Shown: positions 28,516-42,189 of the stretch, piece by piece
Layout: every line of letters begins with the position of its first letter
How positions within the stretch are numbered: the first letter of the stretch is position 1
Source of the DNA: Octopus sinensis
Lineage: Eukaryota
Reading direction: 5' to 3'
Length of the DNA: 64,000 nt
Assembly (NCBI RefSeq): GCF_006345805.1
Contig: NC_042998.1
Span: 44,020,001 to 44,084,000, forward strand
Translations under genes and position numbers: made by a program
Notes under the pieces: generated by a model
What the model was told of the DNA's origin: nothing
What the model saw: only the letters and a program-made list of their open reading frames with translations
Databases searched by the model: none

Positions 28516-29218
28516 TTTAATTCAGTCTGAGTTAAAATATCCACGGCTGTGAAGATAGAACAATTATAAATAGAATGTCTTACAGCTGTTTCCGAGATAT
28601 TTTTTATATCCCTTCATCGGAGACGGTGCGAGAGAATGGTTAAGCAATAGCTAATTTAGATAAGATATGAAATAGAGAATGAAGTGGAGGAATGTAAATA
28701 GATATGAGGTATGCAGGGATATTGCATTTGTAGATCCATTATTTTGGCAGAATGGTATACATATAAGATTCCAATACCTTGTGAGTAAATTCCAATAGTA
28801 TTTAATGCTGGTTATTCCAATTATAGAGTGTGTACACAGTGCTATTGAATCGAGGGTTTTATTTAAACTGACCTAAAAGTAGGGAATGTGTACAAACTTT
28901 ATACTTGGGATGACCAATTTTAAATACTATTGGAATTTACTCACAAGGTATTGGAATCTTATATATATACCATTTGCTAAAATAATGGATCTACAAATGC
29001 AATATCCCTGCATATATCACATCTATTTTTCGTTCCTCCACTTCACTCTCTATTTCATATTTTATCTAAATTAACTATTGCTTAACCATTTTCTCACACC
29101 GTCTTCGATGAAGGAATATAAAAAATATCCCGGAAACAACTGTAAGACCTATTTATAAATGTTCTAATAGCTTCACAGCCTGGGATTTTTTCTCATTCTG
29201 AAAAAAAAAATTATATAT
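28505..29218. mobile_element. Head-to-head inverted pair of PLE 3' ends/pLTRs, arms ~28505-28838 and ~28887-29218
   Basis: Arms are reverse complements with scattered mismatches. The right arm encodes YTWDDQF*ILLEFTHKVLESYIY (GIY-YIG C-terminus-like), and each arm carries a hammerhead motif. Confidence 0.85.
28577..28624 (-). ncRNA. Hammerhead ribozyme, CCGAUGA variant
   Basis: GUCU CCGAUGA aGGGAUAU-aaaaa-AUAUCUCg GAA ACAGCUGU A AGAC. Mutated mirror copies on + at 29101-29148 and 30790-30837. Confidence 0.7.
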
Positions 29219-29463
29219 GCACAAACGGATATATAACCTACGTTGGACTCCTTATTCGCATGTTCACCGAACCTGGAGCTTAACTGTGGTCTATCCATAG
29301 CACTTACTCAGCGTTACCTCACACCTTTCGGTCTTATTGACACCATCACATCTCATAACCTCTCTCTATATATATATATACATCCACATACATTTTAGAT
29401 ACTTATATGTAATTATATATATATATGTATGTGTATGCGGTATGTATATAATATATATACATA

Positions 29464-29522
<59 letters not shown>

Positions 29523-31154
29523 CGCACACTATTATGTTATCAGTCATTAATTGTAGAAAAGTCATTCTCCTTGCCTGAACATACAATATTAACAGCCCAA
29601 AATAAACTGCCATTGACACTATGTATTGGGTTGGTAAATGATAATTATCTAAAACGGTCAGTTATCTATGTAATCATTATTACATCTAACATTAATGAAA
29701 ATGGTATAGAATATTTGGTATGAAAATAAAACAATATAAAATGAGATATACCAAGTACTAATACATATTTAGAACAGCATTACAAAGACTAGAGATGAAG
29801 TTAGAAACACATAATGTTTTTGAAAAATACCAGTCTAACTCAATGTGTCATTTCGCACGCTTTAGCCACAGAGATATCTTATGTACAATTAAATTCATCT
29901 GAACATTTTATGCTACATGAAATCGTAATCTATTACAGCCAATAAGAAATTACTGTACTCAAAACAAACATGACAATATAACTGAGAATAATTTCTTTTC
30001 GGTAAAGATTTCTTTCAAGGATAGAACCATGTGTTTGGGAACTTGCAGTTGATTATATCAACCACAGCACTTGAGTGGTACACGTTTTTTATCGCCTCCA
30101 GAATGACAAAAGTCAAAGTTGGACTTTGTTTTCTCCCATTTCTTTAACAAAATAGAGTATACTCGTATTTAACGATAATGACCTTAATATGACTTTGATA
30201 TGCTTACATTTAGTAATTAAAGCTAGTTAAAGTAAATATTGCAAAACAATGTTCGTACATTGTAATTGTTCGATATTGAAGCAGCTTATTTGATTATATC
30301 TCTGCTTACCGTTCTCGTGATGAGGATTAAAAGTTATGTTCAACGTTGGAGCCAGTAGACAATATTTTTCGTTTAATCCTTGGTATTATTTAACTTGGTA
30401 TTATTTAACTGGTATTATTTGTAGATTCATTATTTTAGCAAATGGTATATATATAAGATTCCAATACCTTGTGAGTAATTCCAATAGTATTTAATGCTGG
30501 TTATTCCAATTATAGAGTGTGTACACAGTGCTATTGAATCGAGGGTTTTATTTAAACTGACCTAAAAGTAGGGAATGTGTACAAACTTTATACTTGGGAT
30601 GACCAATTTTAAATACTATTGGAATTTACTCACAAGGTATTGGAATCTTATATATATACCATTTGCTAAAATAATGGATCTACAAATGCAATATCCCTGC
30701 ATATATCACATCTATTTTTCGTTCCTCCACTTCACTCTCTATTTCATATTTTATCTAAATTAACTATTGCTTAACCATTTTCTCACACCGTCTTCGATGA
30801 AGGAATATAAAAAATATCCCGGAAACAACTGTAAGACCTATTTATAAATGTTCTAATAGCTTCACAGCCTGGGATTTTTTCTCATTCTGAAAAAAAAAAT
30901 TATATATGCACAAACGGATATATAACCTACGTTGGACTCCTTATTCGCATGTTCACCGAACCTGGAGCTTAACTGTGGTCTATCCATAGCACTTACTCAG
31001 CGTTACCTCACACCTTTCGGTCTTATTGACACCATCACATCTCATAACCTCTCTCTCTCTATATATATATACATCCACATACATTTTAGATACTTATATG
31101 TAATTATATTATATATGTATGTGTATGCGGTATGTATATAAATATATATACATA

Positions 31155-31210
<56 letters not shown>

Positions 31211-32202
31211 CATACGCACACTATTATGTTATCAGTCATTAATTGTAGAAAAGTCATTCTCCTTGCCTGAACATACAATATTAACAGCCCAAAATAAACT
31301 GCCATTGACACTATGTATTGGGTTGGTAAATGATAATTATCTAAAACGGTCAGTTATCTATGTAATCATTATTACATCTAACATTAATGAAAATGGTATA
31401 GAATATTTGGTATGAAAATAAAACAATATAAAATGAGATATACCAAGTACTAATACATATTTAGAACAGCATTACAAAGACTAGAGATGAAGTTAGAAAC
31501 ACATAATGTTTTTGAAAAATACCAGTCTAACTCAATGTGTCATTTCGCACGCTTTAGCCACAGAGATATCTTATGTACAATTAAATTCATCTGAACATTT
31601 TATGCTACATGAAATCGTAATCTATTACAGCCAATAAGAAATTACTGTACTCAAAACAAACATGACAATATAACTGAGAATAATTTCTTTTCGGTAAAGA
31701 TTTCTTTCAAGGATAGAACCATGTGTTTGGGAACTTGCAGTTGATTATATCAACCACAGCACTTGAGTGGTACACGTTTTTTATCGCCTCCAGAATGACA
31801 AAAGTCAAAGTTGGACTTTGTTTTCTCCCATTTCTTTAACAAAATAGAGTATACTCGTATTTAACGATAATGACCTTAATATGACTTTGATATGCTTACA
31901 TTTAGTAATTAAAGCTAGTTAAAGTAAATATTGCAAAACAATGTTCGTACATTGTAATTGTTCGATATTGAAGCAGCTTATTTGATTATATCTCTGCTTA
32001 CCGTTCTCGTGATGAGGATTAAAAGTTATGTTCAACGTTGGAGCCAGTAGAAAATATTTTTCGTTTAATCCTTGGTATTATTTAACTTGGTATTATTTAA
32101 CTGGTATTATTTGTAGATTCATTATTTTAGCAAATGGTATATATATAAGATTCCAATACCTTGTGAGTAAATTCCAATAGTATTTAAAATTGGTCATCCC
32201 AA
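28727..32202 (+). repeat. Tandem duplication, ~1.69 kb unit x2 plus ~90 bp
   Basis: Identical spurious ORFs at 28886/30575 (offset 1689) and shared ORF ends at 29723/31415; the copies are near-identical apart from the microsatellites. Confidence 0.97.
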
Positions 32203-34271
32203 TTACTTAGCCATAATAACGAAGATAGTTGATGATACAGGCATCCGATTGATATTTGGTATAAATCCACTTTCGAATTACTATAAATACTAATATTCTG
32301 TCATGGCTATAGAAATAAAATTACCCAATAAATAACAAATAAATGTTTTGAAAAACCTTGCAAGATTCCTCAGATCCATCAAAAAATTTCAATTTCGTCC
32401 AACTACTTTGCTTGCAGCCTAAATCACACGAAAAAAAAAGCGACGATAGCGATATGATTATTGTTTTGTTTTCTTTCTTTCTTCCGGGTTTTCTTAAAAA
32501 GCCACTGACTTAAAATATTCTACGCTCTACTTGTCAAAGAGGTTTCACCACATTCTCAGTATATAAACATATAATCATATTCTCTAACAAATATCGACAT
32601 CTGCAAAATGATATTTTGCAAAAACTCCTTTGTCTATCAGTTTCTCATGACAACAACAAATCTTCTTTGCTGTCTATCAAAACACGTTGAAGATGTAACA
32701 GAAAATATTTTGATTGAAATAAATTATTCATTTATTAATTTATGTGTCAGTAAATATTGTTTTATTTAGATTGTAAAGTGCCATTCGTGCTAGAGTACTA
32801 ATTGTTTTGGTTAATGAAGTGCTAATGATTTTCTTTCACAAGTTACCCCTACAGGTATCATAAATCTTTTTTGCCAATGTCTGATGATCCAGGATATTTC
32901 GCAGGAAAAAGATAATTGTTTTCGCCGCCTTTTACCCGTTTATTTATATTTTGTTCTACTAATTTCCATTTTTTCTAGACATATCGTTGTGGGACCGTGT
33001 ATAATTAACCCTTAAGTTGGATATTGGTTCAAGACCATATCTTCACCCTATTGGGCCTGTATGATGTAACTTCCCAGAGTCCTGCACATCTTAATCACGT
33101 GACTACATCTGGAACTCGATTCACAACAAGGATCCTTGAAAGGTCTCACCACCAAGGATCTGGATAGAACTCTAAATACCTTAAATTTGGAGCTGGAGCC
33201 TCACTAAGAGAAGCGATTTAATTAATTGTCCCAGACACTCAAAGATACTTTAAATGATTATCTAAATTTCGATGAGGTAGAGAAAAATGGATTCCGTCTT
33301 TGAAATCAGTACCCCAAAATTACTAGGAAAAATATCTCCAACACCAGACAGCAAAAAACAATGTTCCCCGGTGTAATTTTACACTTGCGAAAGCTGCTAT
33401 TTGTCACTTCGTAAACTTATATAAAAATTAAACTGTTATTTCACTACAACATTCATAAAATTCCTCATATGATGTATACTTTCGAAACTATACATTAGCA
33501 AATTATAATGACTCATAATAATTTCAACAGCCTACGTTCCAATTTCTTCTATAGAAAAATAGAATAGAAATTAGAACAGAAGCTATTGAGAATATAACCA
33601 TTTCATATGAACGTTCAATGAATGTAAGATTTTCTTCGTAATCCAATCCATCTGTTGTACGAGATATTATGAAATAATTGCATTCTTTCTGTCGAACAAG
33701 AATGGATATTCAGAGGCTATTACTGCTGTAAATATCCGAAACGAGATATGATATTACTGCTGAAGACTCTTTTGTTAGAATCATCCATTGAAGTTGTCAA
33801 TTTCTCCTTTTTAACTTAGGAATAAATTATTCTATATCTTTCTATACTTTACATTCAAAGCATCACCTAATCTCTTTGGTTTTCCTGTAAGCATCATCTC
33901 TTAAAGTTTGTTACACACTTCTATACTTTTCCAATTATTTATCTTTCCTAACTTCCAAAACCTATATTTTCTCATCTCTAATTCTCTCTTGCAAATCATT
34001 AGTTGAAACTGTTACCGAAATTATTGTCGTACTACATAAAGTTGATTTATATGATGATCAAAACCTAATAATGCTCAAATGATAATCGGTACTGAGAATA
34101 TATCACATAGTCGGAGTATCATCATAAAAGATATACTGAGCCCTTTACTACTATATTACAGCCCCAGAATGTCCACATAAATTTCAACAAAGAAATAATA
34201 TGTAATTAACACATATTTCAGTTCGCAGATAAGAAACCCAGGCCACTAACATTCGTGTTATTCGCTAGACT

Positions 34272-34329
<58 letters not shown>

Positions 34330-34347
34330 TAATAATAATAATAAGAA

Positions 34348-34378
<31 letters not shown>

Positions 34379-34980
34379 AAGAAGAAGAAGAATTATAATA
34401 AAAACGGACACTGCCGTCGAAGACGACATACGAGTGTACAATTTTGGCCAAACGACCCGTACAAAGGATTTGTTTATAGTGATCAAATATAGGTGCCGTA
34501 CATAAGCTCACTCCCTTCATCGAATCGACATTGTCTGAATGGTGCGTGGTGTACCACGCGTCAGATGTCGAAGTGATCGTAGAGTAACGTGAGATGAGGT
34601 GTTTTGCTCAAATTTACACTCCAAAATCATCATCTAGGACTAAGTCCGCGGGTTAAAGTGTGGCTATAAAAGGAATCCTGGGGAAAATGATGCAGATAAA
34701 AACGCTTGGACTTGAAATATAAAATATACATACATACATACATACATATATACATGTAAATATATAGGAGTAAATACATAAAGAGAGAAATAAATGCTGA
34801 AAATATTCGGATAAACATTCGTATATAAGCACATAGATATCTTTATATTTAGACAACAAATATTAAAATTTTTATATGCTTGCACACGGTTGTTCATTTG
34901 AATATTCTCAGTTTTTATTGCTCTACATATACATATTTTGTATTATTCTCTCCCTCTCTCTCTCTCTCTCCTCTCTTTCT

Positions 34981-35025
<45 letters not shown>

Positions 35026-35029
<4 letters not shown>

Positions 35030-35121
35030 ACATTTAAACACATAGGGATTCTACTCGTGGGATTCTTTCTAGCGAGTTGAATCCCATGAGTGGATCCCTT
35101 ATCTGTTTAAATGTACACTGT
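35026..35121. repeat. Small foldback (~40 bp arms) adjoining (TA)n
   Basis: tacatttaaacacatagggattctactcgtgggattc pairs with gaatcccatgagtggatcccttatctgtttaaatgta. Confidence 0.85.
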
Positions 35122-35237
35122 ATTTTATGGCTAATACATAGTCTTTGGACTAAATTTTTACACGCTAGGCCACTGGAAGTGAAAATTTCTATTCATTTCC
35201 ATTTCCCTTCGATATGATATACATACATACATATATA

Positions 35238-35287
<50 letters not shown>

Positions 35288-35420
35288 TATATATATATTT
35301 AGCATTAAGGACAACTACTTAATAAGGAAAACTTAACAAGAAATTGACAGGTAGATAGCGTGAAAGACCTCATAAGAGAAAAAATTTCGAAAATAATTAT
35401 TTCTTATTGAACATATTAAT

Positions 35421-35880
35421 TTATATATAGAGGGCATTATACATACATGCCAGAGGGCATTATACATACATGCCACACGCTAAGAGGGACAATTAGTCAT
35501 TTCTACCAAAAATTTTACTAATCCCACCGAATGCAATTTTTCAAAGTAAGACATTTAAAAAATATAGACCTGTATCACAGTGATTTCATACTTACGTATT
35601 CATCAGCAGGCCAGGACGTATCATAAATAAACGACCCTGCCTCGCTTAAGCCGATCAGCTAACAGCTGAGGCAGGGTCGTTTATTTATGATACGTCCTGG
35701 CCTGCTGATGAATACGTAAGTATGAATCACTGTGATACAGGTCTATATTTTTTAAATGTCTTACTTTGAAAAATTGCATTCGGTGGGATTAGTAAAATTT
35801 TTGGTAGAAATGACTAATTGTCCCTCTTAGCGTGTGGCATGTATGTATAATGCCCTCTGGCATGTATGTATAATGCCCTC

Positions 35881-35889
<9 letters not shown>
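35421..35889. mobile_element. Near-perfect palindromic cassette (arms 35421-35643 and 35668-35889, 24-nt spacer) with a hammerhead in each arm
   Basis: Arms are exact reverse complements except for one missing A in the right-arm GAAA; the cassette is set within (TA)n arrays. Confidence 0.93.
35567..35612 (-). ncRNA. Minimal type I hammerhead ribozyme (canonical core)
   Basis: GGCCUG CUGAUGA AUAC-GUAA-GUAU GAA AUCAC-u-GUGAU A CAGGUC. The mirror copy on + at 35699-35743 lacks one A. Confidence 0.88.
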
Positions 35890-35928
<39 letters not shown>

Positions 35929-35959
35929 ATATATATATATAATATATATATATATATAT

Positions 35960-36245
35960 AAGTGAATAAATGGAGTTAAACGCAGATGCTATTCAAATTC
36001 TTTTACTTTTGACATATGTTTCGATGACAACATTGGTTTTATTCCAAAGGAATAAACGGTGTAAAATGCAATCTTTTCATCATTTATTTACTTATACTAC
36101 ACAAGTTACTGCACATTAACCCGGAGTTTCTACCTTTGAATAGGTCGCAATATCCTTGTTACTTGCGTGAATTTTGCTACCTTGGTAACTGTTTATTGAA
36201 TTTTCCATGTTAACGGTAACAAAGGATAATTCATTCATCCATTTA
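35960..36245 (-). mobile_element. (TA)n-flanked pLTR-like fragment with decayed hammerhead (36007-36087)
   Basis: Left end resembles 46420-46490; the minus strand reads aUGAUGA...GAA ACAUAUGU C. Confidence 0.55.
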
Positions 36246-37024
36246 TATATATATATATATGTTGCTATTTTACTATCATTAGCAGAATGTTCTGTTATAC
36301 AGTGAAGGGAATAATATTTGAATAATCCTAGTGCTATAATCAGCGAGAGATCTCGATTTTTTTCCCATCTACCTTGATTGACATACCTTCACATGCACCT
36401 CAATACATTCCTTTCTGGAATGTAATTTCTCTATATTTCTATTCGACATTGAATATATCGTGGTATTCTTAAAATACTGAATGTACGAATGAAATTTGAA
36501 TTGACTTCTGTTTCATTTTTTACTCCTATAATGAGAATTCTTCTTTTCTATCAACGTTACTGCAAGATAAAAATTCAAACTCAATGTAGTACTTTTGGAA
36601 CAAATTTCCTTTTAGGAATGTATAAATAATCTGAAGATGCATAAACTTTGTTACATTCTTGCATTGTGCTTGTCAATACTTTGCGGATGCAAATTATGAA
36701 GCTCCCAACGTTTTTGAGAACGTTGATTGATTAAACGTAAATAACGCTCTAGTTGTCGTGTGATATCCCAAGCCGCCAACTGACATATGTTATAATATTG
36801 ACTTCCATCTACTGACATTGACATCCCAAATATATTGACGGTTAATCAATTGGAAATGATTAGCTGCAATGTATTAGGCATCATTTTTCTATGAGCATTT
36901 AACATTAATATAGATATATGAATAATTAACAAATTCTCTTCCTTGAAGATTTTAAGATTGGCGATTCTAAGAAAGATTTAGTAATAATATTCACCCAAGT
37001 ATCTCAGTTAAGTTCAAAATTTAT

Positions 37025-37541
37025 TTTATTTTATTTTATTTAGTTTCAGCTCACAAGCTGTGGCCATGCTGGGGCACCGCCATTTGGTGTTGCTACATGA
37101 TTTTACTTCACGAATGCTTTTTAGCAAATGCCATCTGGTGCATGAGAGAGTTCGATGCAACTGCCCTCATCTGCATCTCCTGCCGTGAAGTTGGTTCATC
37201 TGGGACACCTGACAAGAAGACATCCAGTTTCATTTTAAAGACATCTGCATCCACCCCATGCAGGTCTCTTAGGTTCTTCGGGAGGATATTTAAGAGCTGT
37301 GGGCCTCGGAAGCTCAGGCTATCACAGTATCTTGTCCTACATCTTGATGGCAAGTTTGGAGTCCTTGGCACTATGCAGTGGGGCCCAGTTCTGGCATTTG
37401 TGTAACTCTCGATGCTAAAGTTTGGGACAAGTCCTTCTAGGATCTTCCAGATGTATATTATGGCATATCTTTCTCGCCTACGCTCTAAGGTATAGAGTCT
37501 TAATCTCTTGAGTCTTTCCCAATAGCTTATATGCTGCACAG
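37025..37541 (-). mobile_element. CR1/L2-group LINE 3' fragment with (TAAAA)n tail and probable TSD
   Basis: YWERLKRLRLYTLERRRERYAIIYIWKILEG..RGPQLLNILP..FKMKLDVFLSGVPDEP; agttaagttYaaaatttatt on both sides (~37006 and ~37542). Confidence 0.9.
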
Positions 37542-38296
37542 AGTTAAGTTTAAAATTTATTCATTTATTATATGGAAGTTACAAAGTTTCATTTTTATTA
37601 TTTAATTCAACAACAATAAAACATTGTCTACTAGAAACCAAATAATTCCTCTATCAAATGAATTAGATTAAATTTATAAAACACAAACGTAATAACACGT
37701 TCTCACGGAGAGATTATATTGTATATCAAGTTTATTAAATCAATAATATAGATATGTTCGCATGCACGTACATACATACCCAAACATACACACACAATAT
37801 ATATATTCATATGTATGAGTGTGTATGGATACATGCATATGAGGACTGTGCATGTATGCGAATGCGCGTTTGTGGAGTGTGTGTGTGTATGTGTGTGTGT
37901 GGGGGGGGTACGGGCGAGCTTGAGTGTAAACGTGCTTGCGTGTATTTGATCTATTTCAGTGACTTCAATAGAAACGCAGTCAACATACAATCTCTGCCAC
38001 CGACCAACACATTTAATATTCAGTGCAAATCGATGTCAATCGATAAACCTCGAATCCTTAAGTAGAATTCATACTATATTTGAGATTCTGAACAGAGTTT
38101 ACTTAATTAGGTATCTGTTTTGTCAAAATACGGAACTTACCCGTCCCTTCCCATACAAAATCAAATGCAACACTAAACGTTTCACGTTTTTATATGCAAG
38201 CGAAGTGAAAATAACGACTGAATCTTTTTTAATGCATATGAGGAGAAGAAATTTATGTCTATCTGTGATCTGTAGTCTCTCTCTCTCTCTCTCTTC

Positions 38297-38521
38297 TCTT
38301 TTTACTTGTTTCAGTCATTTGACTGCGGCCATGCTGGGGCACTGCCTTTAGTCGAGCCAATCGACCCCAGGACTTATTCTTTGTGAGCCAAGTACTGATT
38401 CTATCGGGCTCTTTTGCCGAACCGCTAAGTTACGGGGCACATAAACACACCAGCATCGGTTTTCAAGCGATGTTGGGGGGGACAAACATAGACACACAAG
38501 CACACACACACACACACACAC

Positions 38522-38561
<40 letters not shown>

Positions 38562-38743
38562 GACATATATAGATATATATTACGGGCTTCTTTTCAGTTT
38601 CCGTCAACCAAATCCACTCACAAGGCCTTGGTCGGCCCGAGGCTATAGTAGAAGACACTTGCCCTAGGTGCCACGCAGTGGGACTGAACGGGAACCATGT
38701 AATTGGTAAGCAAGCTACTTACCACACAGCCACTCCTGCGCCT
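38297..38743 (-). mobile_element. tRNA-derived SINE family A with internal (CA)/(TA) tract
   Basis: Homologous to 60784-61158 and to the reverse complement of 54097-54610. Confidence 0.9.
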
Positions 38744-39413
38744 AGATGGTTGAATCTCACTGTATTCTTTAAAATCACTTCTTCATAGATATCCCTGTTA
38801 TTAAGTTAATCTAGACGTTTTGGTGTGGGTATGTACAAAATGAATAAAGCTTTCTCTTAACCAGGAAACTAGATCTAATCCCTGGTACATTTTCATCGTG
38901 TATTTGTGACTATAAGAAAATTGCTGCCAAGGTTTTTCTTAAAAGATATGCATTTTGAAATATATTTCTTTTTAGAAGCGCATAAATCTAAGGACAATTC
39001 ATTTCTTTTCTCTGATAGATATATTTGAATTAAGTATTAAAACAATCTGCTTACATCTTGTTGCATTTGCCGAATTGTAATCCAAACTGTAACTCCAGTA
39101 CATATATATTGGGATATTATTTTGTTTATTTAAGATAACAGAAATCGTGAAGAACCGTAGTTGATGCTTTATGATATATAATGCAGTATCGTATTGCGCT
39201 TAGTTTAAAGCATACACCGATCGATTTGTTCTTTCATCTATTTAAGGTCGATAAATATACAATGTTTCAACCGACTACATTTCTTCCTATGCCTATTTAG
39301 TCTTGCGTCTAGTGAATAGAAAATATTTTTTTCTTTATCGCAGAAAAATTATTTTAGAAAACTGAAAAAAAAAAGATATTTAATCGAGTCACTCTATACT
39401 AGTAGCATCGCCG

Positions 39414-39886
39414 TCTTCTTCTTCTTCTTCTTCTTCTTCTTCTTCTTCTTCTTCTTCTTCTTCTTCTTCTTCTTCTTCTTCTTCTTCTCTTCTTCTTCTT
39501 CTTCTTCTTCTTCTTCCTCCTCCTTTCATCCTTCCTTCTCCTCAGTCCAATCCCCCTCCGTTCCTCTGCTCTTCCTCCGACTCTTTCTTCTTCTTCTTCT
39601 TCTTCTTCTTCTTCTTCTGCTTCTTCCTCCTCCTCCTTTCATCCTTCCTTCTCCTCAGTCCAATCCCCCTCCGTTCCTCTGCTCTTCCTCCGACTCTTTC
39701 TTCTTCTTCTTCTTCTACTTCTTCTTCTTCTTCTTCTTCTTCCTCCTCCTTTCATCCTTCCTTCTCCTCAGTCCTATCCTCCTCCGTTCCTTTGCTCTTT
39801 CTTCTTCTTCTTCTTCTTCTTCTTCTTCTTCTTCTTCTTCTTCTTCTTCTTCTTCTCTTCTTCTTCTTCTACTTCTGTCCTTCTTC
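39414..39886. repeat. Compound polypyrimidine tract: (CTT)n with three copies of a ~60-70 bp spacer
   Basis: cctcctcctttcatccttccttctcctcagtcc... at ~39516, ~39631 and ~39742. Confidence 0.95.
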
Positions 39887-39975
39887 AGAAATTAATCATT
39901 TTTATCACAATTTCATCCGAATCTATGCATTCTTTCAATATCATTAGAAATCGTTGACATAAATAAATGAATGAA

Positions 39976-40006
<31 letters not shown>

Positions 40007-40191
40007 ACAGAAGCATTTGTTGTTAAGCCTTTGCCAAGTGATGTACTTCTGTATTCGCAAAGAATTTCCTGGAATTTTCAACAAAGCTAAGGACAAAAGA
40101 ACAGTTCCAATCCGAAATATTATTCTTTTACTGAATCGACTTAAATAGAAAATGTGGCTTTTATATTTAACATTTTCAAAAACATTGCATG

Positions 40192-40236
<45 letters not shown>

Positions 40237-40589
40237 CATATAGGTTTGTATATGAATATCATACATATGTTATGTTGGCATATATTACATACATAATGTA
40301 GGTCATGTTCAAATAAATACTGTTTGGCTTACGCTCTTGAATGAGACTGTACACTGGAAAAGAATTATGCTTTAAATACATAGCTACTAACACCGAATCA
40401 CATGAAACAGTTTCTTTAGAACATTCACACACGTGCACGCGCATGCATGCACACACGGACACACGGACACACAGACTAGAAAACGCATTTCTTTTTTTCT
40501 TTAATAAGAGTAAATTGATAATACTGCAAGGCTTTCTGTCGCATGAATAATGTATTGAAAGAAAATCCATTAAAAACTAATAATAATAA

Positions 40590-42030
40590 TGTTTTCTTTA
40601 TTAGCAAACAATGTTGGGGACGGTACAGGTCAATACAGTTTTGGGCTACATAAAAGGCGTGTAAAAAGGCAAAAAGAATTACAGAATATAAATTTTATCA
40701 AAAAATAATTCCCCAAAAGAGGAAGGTTACTTAGTGCTGTTCGTGGAAACCCCACAAACGCACGGATGCCCTAACCACTAGGGCAAGTGCTTTCTCCACT
40801 ATTTTCTCCACATTTTAGAGCAGGCCTTGTACCATTCTTGACACATTCACCTAACTTTCCACAAAATTGCTGGATGTGTGGGTAGCATGTCTCTCTCTAC
40901 CCTCACTTTCCTTTTTCAAGTGAAACTTGAAAAAGTTGAGGAGAGTTTGGCCAAAGAGGAGAGTATCTGTTTTTAACCCTTTCAATCTGGTCCACCATAC
41001 AATATCCTTCAATAAAGCCGCTAAAGTAATGAAATCTGCCGGCTCTTCCCAACTTCGTCCTACACATGACAGCAGCTGTTCAATATAGACACACAAGTCA
41101 GCAAAGCTCGGGTACTAGACGAGAGCGTGCAGAACAGATCCGCCGCGATGCGCGCATCTCAAGCAAGCTCGGCTGACATCATGTCAATGCCTATAAGTTT
41201 ATCTCGAACTGCCAGACCAAAGAATTTTGGAAATTATCCATAGGCCCCAGCCCGAACAGGCTCCGTGTTTTGGTCAACGCTTGATCCAGGATTATAGCGG
41301 AATCAAAGAGACAAATTGTAGAAGGACAAGTCTGACAAACGGTAACCGCACCTGGTCACCGCCAGTAAATCGCTGGTGATGTCGTAACTTCAGTGCATGC
41401 CTCTGCAACTATAGCCATGGCTTACCCATTCAGCGAGTGTTGATATCAAATGGATCAGCTGACCAGGGGAACGCGCCCTTCACGCACAGAGCGAAAGAGT
41501 ATACGTACCAGTTTAGGGAGACATAAACGGAAGAAAGGTACGACGGTCAGGCGGTAATATATGACGGATGCAATGCCCGACTCTTCAAAGCTTTCTCTCG
41601 GTCCATTTCTGGGTAAGAATGGACTTATCTCTGTTCTTTTCCACCTGAAGGCCTGGACCAAACCATACCCCGAACAATTTAACCGGTCTTTCTGTACAGT
41701 GTCCCACGACAGTATTGGACGGCATGGAGCTACCTCTCCAGATGCTGAACCGCAGGCCCTCTGACTTTTCTCGGTTAATTTTTGCTCTTGTATATCTCGT
41801 ATTATTTTATAACGATGCCGATCAGGTCTATGTACTGGTGTTTGACTCTATGATGGTAATGTCATCCGCATATGCCGACAAGTTCTCCCACGTCCTAGGT
41901 CACGCAGGATGCTTCTCAGTGACCACAATTTCCGCAGTAATAATCCTAGAGCAAGTACAAAAATGAGACCAATGAGGTACCCTTGACAGACTCAGTGCAT
42001 GATGCAGAAGGGTTCAGAAAGTTAACTATT
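40590..42030 (-). mobile_element. L1/Tx1-group LINE remnant
   Basis: Minus strand has VCQG.. and SAYADDITI RT motifs and a C-terminal HALV..LCVYIEQLL..IVWWTR..LLNFFKFHLK region; GC-richer than the flanks. Confidence 0.65.
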
Positions 42031-42099
42031 CACTCGAAGCACTGATCAGATGTTGCTGTGCATTGCGGCGATCCAGCCTTAATAAAAACAATAACAATA

Positions 42100-42189
<90 letters not shown>

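Noticed and set aside
28886-31415. Duplicated 62-aa and 98-128-aa ORFs as gene copies
   Set aside because: They are by-products of the tandem duplication and TA repeats.
33280-33375. Possible DNA transposon terminus
   Set aside because: No partner end or coding sequence found.
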